Source: Vezdaea acicularis (Eukaryota). From it: a stretch of 64,000 nt of DNA. The notes beneath the pieces were generated by a model. It did not search any database, had not been told where the DNA came from, and saw only the letters and a list, made by a program, of their open reading frames with translations. The DNA lies in NCBI GenBank assembly GCA_026025075.1, contig JAPEUI010000036.1, positions 62,001 through 126,000 on the forward strand, in the 5' to 3' direction. Below are positions 38,512 to 49,649 of the stretch, piece after piece. The position numbers and the translations under genes are program-made. Positions within the stretch are counted from its first letter, which is position 1. Every line of letters starts with the position of its first letter.

Positions 38512-40446
38512 CTATTTGTGAGCTATTGAACATGAGCAATTAGTCTCCAACATTTTATTTTTCATGAGGCTGATACTCACGAATCCCTTCTTCAGGCTGT
38601 GGCTTGATCCCAACAACTTCCGCCGCCGTCTTTTTCTCTTGTCTATCGTCCTTCATGAACGGGAACGCCAACACCTCTTTAATGCTATAGTTGTCTGTCA
38701 GGAACATAACAAGTCGATCGATACCCATACCCCAGCCCCCAGTAGGTGGCAAGCCGTACTCCAAGCTTTGGCAGAAGTTTTCGTCAATCATCTGCGCCTC
38801 GTCATCGCCCTGCTCCTTTTGACGGGCCTGCTCTTCGAAGCGCAGACGCTGGTCGAAAGGATCGTTCAGCTCCGTATAAGCGTTCACGATTTCTTTCTTG
38901 CATACGAAAGCTTCAAATCGCTCGCAGAGGCCTGGATTGTCACGGTGGTACTTTGCAAGTGGCGACATCATCTGCGGATGGCCCGTGATGAACGTTGGGT
39001 TGATACAGGTATCTTCGATGAAGTCCCCGACAAGCTTATCGAGCATACGAGCGTTCGTTTGCGGCGGTGTGCATTCCACATTTACCTTCTTAAGAATCCC
39101 TTTCAAGAAGTCGTTCGTTTCTTGAGTGTGAAGTTGATCTCCTGGAGGAAATTTCTCGCCAACAGCCTTTTCTAGAGCAGGGATCATCTCAATACGTTTC
39201 CAGGGGCGTTCCCAGTTTACGGTCAGCTCCTCACCAGACTGAGTGTGGAATTTCGTGATGTAGCTTCCAGTGACATGCTTGACAAGTCCAGAAACAAGGT
39301 CCTCAGTCATATCCATCACATCGTAAACATCTGCGTATGCCATATAAAATTCGCAAGTTGTGAACTCTGGGTTATGCGTCAAGTCGATGCCTTCGTTGCG
39401 GAATTGGCGGCCTAGCTCATAGACACGCTCGAGGCCACCGACGATGAGCATCTTAAGATACAGCTCAGGTGCCACGCGCATGAACAAATCCATATTGAGA
39501 TCGTTATGGTGAGTGATAAATGGCTTGGCAGTTGCACCACCAGCAATAGCATTCATCATCGGAGTCTCAACTTCAACGAAGTCCTTCTCGTCGAACCAAC
39601 GCCGGATATAGGTGATCATTTTGGAGCGGGTAAGGAAGACATTGCGTGTATGGTCGTTCATGATCAGGTCTAGGTACCTTCTTCGATGGCGCTGTTCTTG
39701 GTCCTTGAAGCCATAGTGTTCCCCGGGGAGCTGGTGAAGGCAAGGTGTAAGCAAGATAACCTCCTGTGCAAATATTGACAGCTCTCCATCCCCTCCTTTC
39801 TTTGGCGCTGTTCGACCTGGATACCCTACAATTCCTATTATATCTCCTCTTCGTAAATGCTCATGTTGATCCTCAAATGTTACTTCACTTGTAGATTCTT
39901 GTGACTGACACATGACCTGCACCTTGACCCCTTCTGCGCGAATGTCATAGAAAACGAGCTTGGATCCGGAAACCCTCTTAACATATACCCTCCCACCCAC
40001 CCTGACCTGGACATCCTTGCGATGCTCGCCCTTCCCTAAAGACTCATACTCTTTCAAGAATTTGCGTAGATCTGTAGTTACTTGAAATTTATGTGGGTAT
40101 GGATTTGGAGTCTTGGACTGTCGTAGTTTATTGATATTGCGTGACCGGATTTCGAAGTATTGCTATTTGCCCCTCATTAGCGGGGTCACCCTGCGTCGAA
40201 GGTTGCTGGATCTCAAATACATACATTTGGTGTCAAATTGCTTTCTTCGTCTTCAACAGCTATCTTCTTCGCTACCGCTGGCTTTGGCGGGGCATTTGCA
40301 GCTTTGTCTCGTGCCTTAGCCTCTTTCTCACGATGCTTCTGGCGTTGCTTTAACTTTGACTTCGACACCCGCTCGCCCGTCACTTCGTCAAGATGCAGAT
40401 TTGCAACTTGCTCCACTGGAGCTGCAGAGGCCTCCTCTTCATTCAT
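38512..40446 (-). CDS. KRS1: Cytosolic lysyl-tRNA synthetase (class II)
   Basis: Exons 40446-40225, 40162-38581, 38522-38512. Motifs [44 protein letters not shown]; ends EEGIPHK*. Confidence 0.97.
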
Positions 40447-40698
40447 AATTAGCGTATGGTGGTCACAACGTGGCCAACTACTCAAGGATGGCGTTGACCT
40501 CGAAGCATGCAGTGCTTTTGTGGGCTCCAAATATGATACCAACAATTGCTCGCGAAATTTTCGTAGGATCACCACTTGAGCACCAAGAATTCAACAAATG
40601 GGCAGACAACTTTCCGTCATTTAGTGCCTACACACGCTTTCTCGAGAGCCCTAGAAGTGCATTGTGGGTAGATTAACACTTTCTACATATTTTTTATT

Positions 40699-42667
40699 TC
40701 AATAATTGAAATCTTCATAGAAGACCCGCTTTCCCTCTAACCATTCCAATAAAGATTTCCTCAAAGAAGTGTTAGCACACAGATACCAATTTTCTATCTT
40801 ATCAGAGCCTGCAATCAGGTCTTCCTTAGTCAATCGCCTGCGCTCTACTGCTCTTACCGAGTCTTCTAGACTCGTGATAGCTTCACTAGGTCTACGCTTT
40901 TGATTCCCTCCACTTACAAAGATCGTTGTTGAAGACGCGAGATGCGGATGCGCTGCTAGAATTTCGGAAACAAGATTAAGATCGTCTTGATTGATGGACC
41001 AATAGAGACGCACACGGGCGAGGTCGAGGGAGCTGAATTGGGCCATGAAGGGTGTAATTCCAATACCACCAGCAACGATACTGATTGTTTCTTCTTCAGT
41101 TTGATGGAGATGAAACTCTCCACCGAAGCCTATAATAGGAACATCAAAGCCAGCACGATCGTTTTGCTGAAAGAGAAAGCTCGTTACTACTCCGACTTTC
41201 CGAATTGTGATCTCAAATTCGTTATGGTCCGGCATGGAAGACACGGTAAAAGTTCTAAGATAGTCGTCATTGAGGCTCTTGGGATCATCATCCCGCATAT
41301 GACTATAACCCATGTCCAGTTCCTGCTCGAAACCAAGCGCAACATACTGACCAGGCTTCCATTTTGTATCATCGGTAGGGGTCTCAATTCGGAAGCGAAA
41401 CCGCGAAATGGTCGGCGTAATCCTCTGCTTGTGAATAAGAATAGCATTTCCTGCCTTGACCATGTTTGCTTGGGTTAACGCTGCCTTTTCGGTTCGCAAA
41501 TATCGGACAGAAGGGTTATAGGGAGAAGGCTGGCCAGGTACAGCCCGGAAGGAAAGCCCCTTTTCCACGAAGATTGCACCTTCTATCAGCAATCTGACCG
41601 CAAGATTTGATCTGGCAAGTAACGCATCTGCATCTTTCTTAAATAATACTTCGGTAGTCGCTGTCATGTATAGAACATCGCCCGTATCGAGATCAGGGAA
41701 CACGAGCCCAGCTCTGGGCGTTGTCTGAAGGTTTCCAAGGGTCTGATAAAGTCGATTGCCAGAATATTCTGGGTAGACCAAAGTAGTCCCCCTTTCATCG
41801 TTTTCAAGTACACGCACGAAGCCTACCGGCCCTCCGCGGTAGTTCGCGTCCATATCCCGCCGGTGGTTAGAACTCGTGATGAAGAATAGGTCTGCTTTGG
41901 CAATAAGATCTATTGCAGCTTGGGGAAGCGGCAAGGTGCTCGACACAATGTTGGGAGTCGGTAACCTCGGAAAAATACGTTTCTTGTTCAGATATTTGGG
42001 ACAATTGCCTTAGAAAAGTCAGCTGCAGCTTTGCGGAAAAGTGTAGCTCAAATGACGAAAGCTTCTTATGACAGTGTCTGCTTGGATAACTGTACAGTAC
42101 GCTTGGAATCGGAGTAACTCGAGATATAGGTGAAATCTCAGACCTAAGTTGTCCGTGGAATTAAGACTTACCCAAGCTCTCTTCGATCCTCACCACAAGC
42201 TGAGCCTGCGCAAAATTTTGCTCCCCATCCCCGTTAACTTGATCGATCGAGCCAGCGACCATGTGCCCATAGAGTTTGATCCTGCTTCGAGTTTCGAGAT
42301 CAATAGCAAGACCAGCAACCATCCGGTCTTTGACTGCCTCTCCGGAAACCTCTCCATCTCCTTTACTTTTGAGTAAGGCTAGCGCCACTGGATCATATCT
42401 TTTGTCCACGATCGTTCTGATACCGATAATAGAAGATCCAAGAGATCGGGCAAAACCAGATTCTCCGCCCCATACCGTCACCCATGGCCGGCCTGCTTCA
42501 TCTAAAGCGCCTAGAGCAATAAGTGGCGCTCTTGATACGAGATAGGCAGCTCCAGGAGACAGAAATGGTGAACCAGGGTTCTCTTGCTCGGGCACGTGCA
42601 GAAGCTTGTGCATCAGATCTTCTCCCGAATCCCATTGAATCATATCTTCGGTACGAATGAACGCCAT
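40699..42667 (-). CDS. FAD/NAD(P)-binding oxidoreductase with pyridoxamine-5'-phosphate-oxidase-like N-terminal domains
   Basis: Exons 42667-42172 and 42008-40699. The junction gives ESLGNCPKYL; other motifs NYRGGPVGFVRV, YSGNRLYQTLGNL, DDYLRTFTVSS, AGGIGITP. Confidence 0.88.
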
Positions 42668-43315
42668 CCTTCAGTATTGATCAACATTCATCTCGGAAGG
42701 GCACGGGAGCTTTCTTATATGTTCCCCCCGTTCCCGAGTGTCCCGCGGATTCCTTCCGCACATTTCTAAGTAGCGTTTCATCCGGTGTGCAGAAACTAGT
42801 CGCTTATTGGCAAACTTCTCAGAGGAATGCAATAGAGGCGCTGTGGCTGGTCAATTTCTAATGCTCTTCGAGCAAATGAGGGGGAGCTTGGCAGTGCAGG
42901 CATCTAAGAATTTAGCGCCAACCTTAACCGGGAGATAACGCGAAGCGGGCAGGCTTCATGAACTTTATGGGGAACTTTCAATGATGCTGCGTTCTTCGAG
43001 GTTTACTAAGAAGTAGTTAAAGCGACGATGTTTTCCAGGGGAGCTTAGTGAAATGTTTGGAGATCCACTTTGAACTTCGAATTCGCGCCGCGTGGTTCCG
43101 CCGCCACGTATCTACCACATAAGATAGATCGGCCGCCTATAATTAGAGGTGTCAGCTTTTGGTTTCGCTATTCAGCCTTCTTAGCTCAGCCTCAGCAATG
43201 TTCATCACAACATGAAAACCCCACGACCTGCCGCTCAACTTCCACTCATCATTCTTTATACAATAGTCCTTTCACTCGATACATAGGCGAAGCAGCAGTA
43301 ATCTTAGAGGCAGCC

Positions 43316-44205
43316 ATGGCTCGCTCAAAGGTCTCCAAACAGCCTTCCCATTACTGGGGAATGCCCTTCCATATCATTCGGTTCCTCCAATTTTGCCCGG
43401 CTTTCGTGGTCGCCATCATAACCATATTCTTCGTATTCAACCTTCAAAAAGACCACTTCAGTGTTCCCTGGACCTTCGTAATTGTTCGTGCTCCCTTAAG
43501 CAGTAATTGAATCAAGTCCTCCGCTGCATTTCTCTAGACTGAACCCTGTCACCTTGCTCTTGACTTCTCATTGCCTATGTGTTCGTAAGCTAACTTCCTC
43601 TTTCTCTAGCTCCTCATAGCCTCCATATCAACCGTGGTGCTCATCATTCTTACAACTATCCTGCACTTTTGTCGCTCATTAAGCCCCAAATTAAATTCTG
43701 CCTTTAACCTTGCCCTATTCCTACTTTGGGGCTTCGGCTTTGGTCTTCTCGCCTGGGCCACGCATGGGACGCTATGGGCGGGCTGCACCCTTGATAACTG
43801 GGGCAATGACACCGGCGTGCTCGTATGTAAAACTTATACGGCGCAGTGGGCATTAGCCTTGATCGCTTTGTAAGTATTCCTACCCTAAGTGCTGTTTCAC
43901 TTGAATCCTTCTTTCTGTTTCTCACATGTGCTGACCCTCTTACTAGCATTGCTACCCTTGGTGCTTTAGTATTGGATATCTACACTACGCGGACATCGTC
44001 TGCGCGTGGAGCGTACAACCCGATGCCTGACATCAAGATGGACACTTATCGTGGTGATAACACCGCCTACCGTGGCCGGCGTGACAGTGGAGATGAATGG
44101 GATGCGAATATGCCGCGAAGCTCATCATTTGATGGCCAGCAATCGGGCCTGGTAGACCGAAGAGATATAGGATATGGCGAAGGAGGTCGGGGCCGAGAGT
44201 CATAG
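43316..44205 (+). CDS. Four-TM MARVEL-like membrane protein
   Basis: Exons approximately 43316-43483, 43609-43869, 43947-44205. Four hydrophobic segments, a CTLDNWG...VCKTY loop and a hydrophilic C-tail. Confidence 0.78.
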
Positions 44206-44419
44206 GTATAGACAAAATGGAAGGCTTTGGGCAGGCTGGAGTTTAGGGCGTATGTGAATTATACAAGAGGTTCTGGGTGCATTATTGCGTGGATAATTGA
44301 CCACGACCAAAAATTGTCCGTAGTAGGAATTGGATATGAAGACCAGATCGCATATATTGAGAACCATCACCTTGAACATAAAAGACCCCTTTGATTCCTT
44401 CTTTTACTAAAGAGTTCCC

Positions 44420-46134
44420 TTACCAACCTTCCACGATCTTTGCCTTAATATCCAGTCCGCCCTCAATCTTCGCCGTTATTGTCCCTTGTATATTCACCTT
44501 GTATTCTGGGTCATCCAGTACCCATTCCAATCTGCCTGCCAACAGCGCCAGCAAGATTTTAAACTCTGCCTTGGCGAAAGATGCTCCAATACAACTCCTT
44601 GGTCCATGCAAGAACGTCATGAATGCATAGTTGCGCTTTGCCCCCCCATTATTGGCTCTGCCTTCGCCAAGCCATCTCTCTGGTCTGAACTCCCTTGCAT
44701 CCTCTCCCCAAAGGCTTTTCAGCCTACTAAACCCCCATGGGGCAAGTATGATTCGTGTGCCCTTAGGGATGAAATGCCCACCAATTGTGGTATCTTTATT
44801 TGGAACTCTGACCGTCCGTGGAACAGGTGGGTTGAGACGCAAGACCTCCATTACTACGGCATGCAGATAGGGTAGGGCATCGATATCCTTATCCGTGATT
44901 ACCGCACCGTCGTTGTCTGGACTAGGTAAAGCATCCCTCACTTCACTACGGAGACGCGCCTGGATCTCGGGGTTCTTCGCCAGGTGGTACGCTGCCCACG
45001 TCATGGCTGTGGCAGTCGTCTCATGTCCTGCAGCTAGGAAAGTCATCAGCTGGTCAACAAGGTTGCTATCGCTGAAATAGCCAGAGTCCATGGCCACGGA
45101 GAGTATATCCTTGCCCGTGTCTTTGGAGTCGGCGGCTAGCTTCTGCTTTTTGTTCTGGATGACCTGGTAGCATGTTTCACGGATTACTCGAGACGCCGCA
45201 TCCATCTCACCATTACGTTTGATCGGGATACGACGGACGAGCCATGGCGGTAGGTACATGTTAGCTATGCCGAGGATCATCGCTCCACGTGTTGGTTCGA
45301 ATACCTTGCGGTAGGTCACATTGAGTGGTGACTGATCGTCATGTAACGAGTTGAATTCAAAGCCAAGACCGGCGCTGCCAATAATGTCAAGGGTGGCCCT
45401 AGAAACCCAGGAAGCGATCTCAATTGTCTTAGATGGAGGTATGTGACTTTTAGTGGCCTCCGGGTGCGCTGGCAATGGAGACTGGCACCTAATGTCGTTG
45501 CAGATAGTAGTAATCATGTCACAACCGTACCTCCAGAATATGGGGTAGAGATCCTTAACGTGACGGAAGGAGAACGCGGGCAAAAGATTCTTCCGTTGCA
45601 CCTTGTGCTCGTCTCCTTCCGCGAGAAGCACTCCGATTCCAAGCAACCGTCCAATGCCAGTTGCTGCAAATTTGGGCTTTTCGAAATCATAGCACTTTGT
45701 CGCCACCACTTCAGCCATCGTTTCAGGGGTGGTGAGGAGGATTCGGTCTGCATTGAAGAAACCTTTATAACGTATCAAGCCGTCATTAGGTATCTCATAC
45801 ATCCACGCAACATCCGCCTCATTATTGGCGACGTCAATAATGGTGCGCCCTTGGCCCATGAAGAGCGTATTTCCGACCTGTCACTCGGCGGTCAGGAAGT
45901 CTGCACGTATAATATTAGGATCTGAAAAGGTACCTTGGGCCCTGGAAGGTGCCTGAGAGGATTGAAGAAGTTGGGAAAGATAAGTACACGCCATGTGGCC
46001 CAGATTAAGAATTGAATAGTAAATAGCGTCAAGAGGTTGACGGTATAAGATGTCGTATATACTGATACACGATAGCGAACAAGAAGAATCGCGCCTCCAA
46101 GGGACGCGAGCGCAAAAGCTTTGGTGGGAGGCAT
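44420..46134 (-). CDS. Cytochrome P450 monooxygenase
   Basis: Exons 46134-45934 and 45877-44420. N-terminal TM plus LPGP, I-helix AAGHETT, EVLR (ExxR), PERW and heme motif FLHGPRSCIG. Confidence 0.95.
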
Positions 46135-46949
46135 ATTGAGCAATCGACTACTCAAGATGTTTTCTACAAGGGGGGAAGATTATCACTAAAAGAGGCTCCT
46201 GGGAAAAGGATAAAGGCGGTATATGTCTCTCAGATTGACTTATCACGGATGCACGACCGCATTGCTGCAAAACATGTAGACAGAGGCTTTGCGCAAGTCA
46301 AGGCAAACACCGAAACAAGGATTGCGGTGCGAGAAGTGTACGTCGATTACATTCAGTCGAGGGGAAAAGATAGTCTCATGCAGCTGAGGAAACGTTGCCG
46401 AGGTAGTCATTGCCGTGGGAGACATCCGCTTCAAGGTACGATATATAAGCTTGTGAACGTTAAACGCTCCGAGCATTGATGAATTCCAAAAAGCTTACGA
46501 TTACGCTCGCAAGAGAGAGAGAGATAGGGGATTTATTGTCAAGAAAAAGATCTACAGTCTGCGAAACGATGGTGCAGCCGACAGGGTTGTGCTGAGTCCT
46601 CTACGTTACATTGATCGACAGTAAGGATGTTCGATCTTAAATGTGTAGCCAAGAGATGTCCCAGAGGAGAGAGGTAATTTGAGGATATTTTAAATTGAAG
46701 AAATGACTAGGTAGACCTCAAAATTGATCATATATTGAAGGGTATCGTACGTAAAAAAGCATGCTTGCTCACTGCTTTGTGTGCAACGAAATATAAACTA
46801 GGATGTGAGTCGCCCAACACCATACATGATGCATGAAAGCTTGCGCTCTTGTTCTATATCTGCAGGAAAAAAAGCATGCTCGCTCGCTCTGCAGTGCAAA
46901 TTTGACCACCGTTATATTACACTGGACGTCTGTACAGTAAGTTGAACGC

Positions 46950-48172
46950 CTAGGAACTCGCCTTGAAGAAGAGCTGTAATGCATTCGGCTCCTTTTTGTC
47001 CTTCGTTCTCTTCTCTTTCTTGCTCTTCGAAGTTTTTACAGTTTTCGCAGTGGTTTTGGAACCTTTGACCGTCTTAGCTCTCTTTTTGTCCTTCCTCGTA
47101 CTCTCCCCCCTCTCAGCTCTCCGCATTGCAGCAGCCTCGGGCGTGATAAATTCGCCGTCGACACTGGTAGCAATGCTCTGAACTTCAGCTTCGGCAATGC
47201 CTCGTCTCCAGCTTTCAATCCTGCTGACATCGCTGTCGATCTCTTCGAGCTCCAACATCTTTTCCTCCTTGTTTGATTGTATCTTTTTGATGATTTTGTA
47301 TCCCCCAAAGCATACCACTGTTACGCCCGCCGCAACGCCTACGGCGATCAAGAATTGTGGACTTGCCAATAGAGCAAAAATTGCAGGAAAACTTCCTTTG
47401 ATGGCTGTCAACGCTCCTGGCGCCATTACCTTGACGACATTACTAACTTCGGCGAGTGCGAGTGCAACAGCCGCCATTGCCTCCGGATTTTTTTGTAGAG
47501 AGCTGATTGTGGAGGATACAGAGTGTTGCACACAGTTTGCTTCGTCAAGAATCCGCGTGATATCGAGAAGTTTGTGCTTCAGTGCTGCTTCTTCAACGGC
47601 AGGACCAACCTCAAGTGGAGGAGGTATTTCGCCGTATGCCAGATGCATGTCGACATCGGGACTAGGAAGTGAAGATGACCGAGTAAGTGATTGACGCCTA
47701 AGCATTATGTCTCCGTCTCCTTCTCCTTCTCCTTCTAGTGTTGTGTGTCTTCGAGTCACGCCTATATTTGCTGGGAGGCCTTCGCGCGTCTTTGAGTGAC
47801 GGTGCGAAGATGATCCAGAGTGTTTGCGGGGCGAAGCACCGTTAGGGCGTGGGACTGGCTTTCGGCTGACGATTCGGGATGTATTTGAGGATACAACGGA
47901 GCGATCGTCAAGATGAAAGTCCCTGAGCGCTCGCTGTGCCTGCTTTGCGTTGACGTCGGCCTGTCGCACTGCGGCAATCTCAGCCTTTCGTTCCTTATAT
48001 GCTGCCTTGGCATCCTTGAAAACACCGAAAAGGGTTTTACTCTATACTGAAGGTTTAGCACCATGTTGAACAAGACGCATAGGCTTGAGGGTATGTTAGC
48101 ACTCACGTTGCTAATGACCTTTCCCGACTTATCAACGACAGCTATGGTTTGACCTAAAGTAGCGGGACCCAT
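46950..48172 (-). CDS. Fungal hypothetical protein with a hydrophobic segment and Lys-rich tail
   Basis: Exon 1 48172-48107 (MGPATLGQTIAVVDKSGKVISN), a GTGAGT...TAG intron, then SKTLFGVFKDAKAAYKERKAEI...DMHLAYGEIPPPL...LLASPQFLIAVGVAAGVTVVCFGGYKIIKKI. Confidence 0.8.
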
Positions 48173-49649
48173 TGTTGTATAGGTCGAAATGAGATATTAG
48201 GGGGGTGATTTTAGAGTCTTGCTAGGTTGGGCTTTGTGGAGTTGATCTGAAAATTGAGGTTCCTTTAGGGCTCTGGGTAGGCTTGATAGATGTGTTGGGA
48301 CTATGTAATGAATGACCCTAGATAAGCTCTGGGGTGGGTCTGCCTTTGAACAAGAGAACAAAGGCTATTGTGGACTGCGCAGGCTGAGGTGCGCAAAATT
48401 CTGGGGACTCCCCCGGGTCATAAAGAAAATCTAGCAGGGTTAGGTCGAAGCAGGAATAGTGCACAGACTTAAGTCAAAGTATGGTCAAAAAGCCATCACC
48501 TTTCCTCGGCTCGCCTCAATAATCGGACGTAACTGGCGCGACTTCGCACACAGACTTCAGGCTTTCCGAAGGGTCTCAAATGATCGGCCCTTTAGTTGCA
48601 GATTGTCAGTTTTGCTCTTTGTTGTCAGGCTATGATTGCTCGCGACGGGGTGGCGGGACAGCAGTCCTATTTGGTCGCCGGCGTCAATCATTGCCGCGGA
48701 CAAAGGAAGTCAGATGTACGGCCATTCCCGCCCTGAGTTGACGCTTTAGTCTTGCCAGGTGGCGCGCGCTAGGTGAATGGAAGCTCAATTGGTCAGTAAC
48801 CACTCACTGTACCATCACGATAAAGCCTGAGACGACGAGAAAAAAAGCAGGCTCGTCAGCTGAGAAACGTCGCCCAAACATTGCATTGATGCCCGATTAT
48901 AGCATATTGACGCGACACTGGTGCGATGAGAGCAGGAATGGGTCGCCGGAATGTAAGGCTCCATGGCTCCTCATATGCATAAGCCACAGTTCAACCGCGC
49001 AACAGGAAATTTCATCTGACATTGCGTCTAGAAAAGAAAATATTTGAGCTGAGAAATTTTCCATTCCCCGCGGTATCTCAACTGGCCAGTCTAGAAAAAT
49101 AGTGGCTTGTACGAATGGGGGAGCAGCAAAACAGATCGGTTCTCGCCGAAGCGCCACATTTGGCTGCGCCACCGTTGCTGACGACTTGCGCCTGGCCTTT
49201 GGACGGGCCACACCTTGAGCACGAAAATAAGAGCGGACTACTTATGTGAGGCATAGGCGTACGAGCAGGGAGCAGACTAAGCCGTATCCGGCGCAGCGCA
49301 AGCATCACTCAGGGGAGTCACCAAAGGTATCAAGAAGTATAGAACATGGTAGCAGTCAATGAATACGTCTATGTGGATTGTGTATTGAATGCTGGGGGGC
49401 CATGCCTCAGGGCTTCCCCGCATTCTTATCTACGGTGCATCACGTGACTCAAGCCTAGCGCAGGCATAGCACGGGCTGCAATCACGGGGTGGGTACGTTC
49501 GTGACAACTTATCAGAATTAGGATTTTAGGGAAGTTGATTGCTCTATCGCAAACAAAGAATTACTCGGCCGAAGTTTGCAAGATGCTAGGGGTATTCCGA
49601 TCGCTCCTCCGAAATGCTACCGCTAATTGAAAGTGAACCTTCCGAATGC

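Noticed and set aside
42009..42171. 163-nt intron containing CTGAGA as a TPP riboswitch
   Set aside because: The other conserved aptamer elements are missing and the gene is not obviously thiamine-related.
40699..46134. P450 + oxidoreductase + membrane protein as a secondary-metabolite cluster
   Set aside because: No PKS, NRPS or terpene synthase backbone, transporter or cluster TF in the window; the flanks are housekeeping genes.
46249..46479. 76-aa ORF upstream of the P450
   Set aside because: No motif or splice support; likely a chance ORF in promoter DNA.
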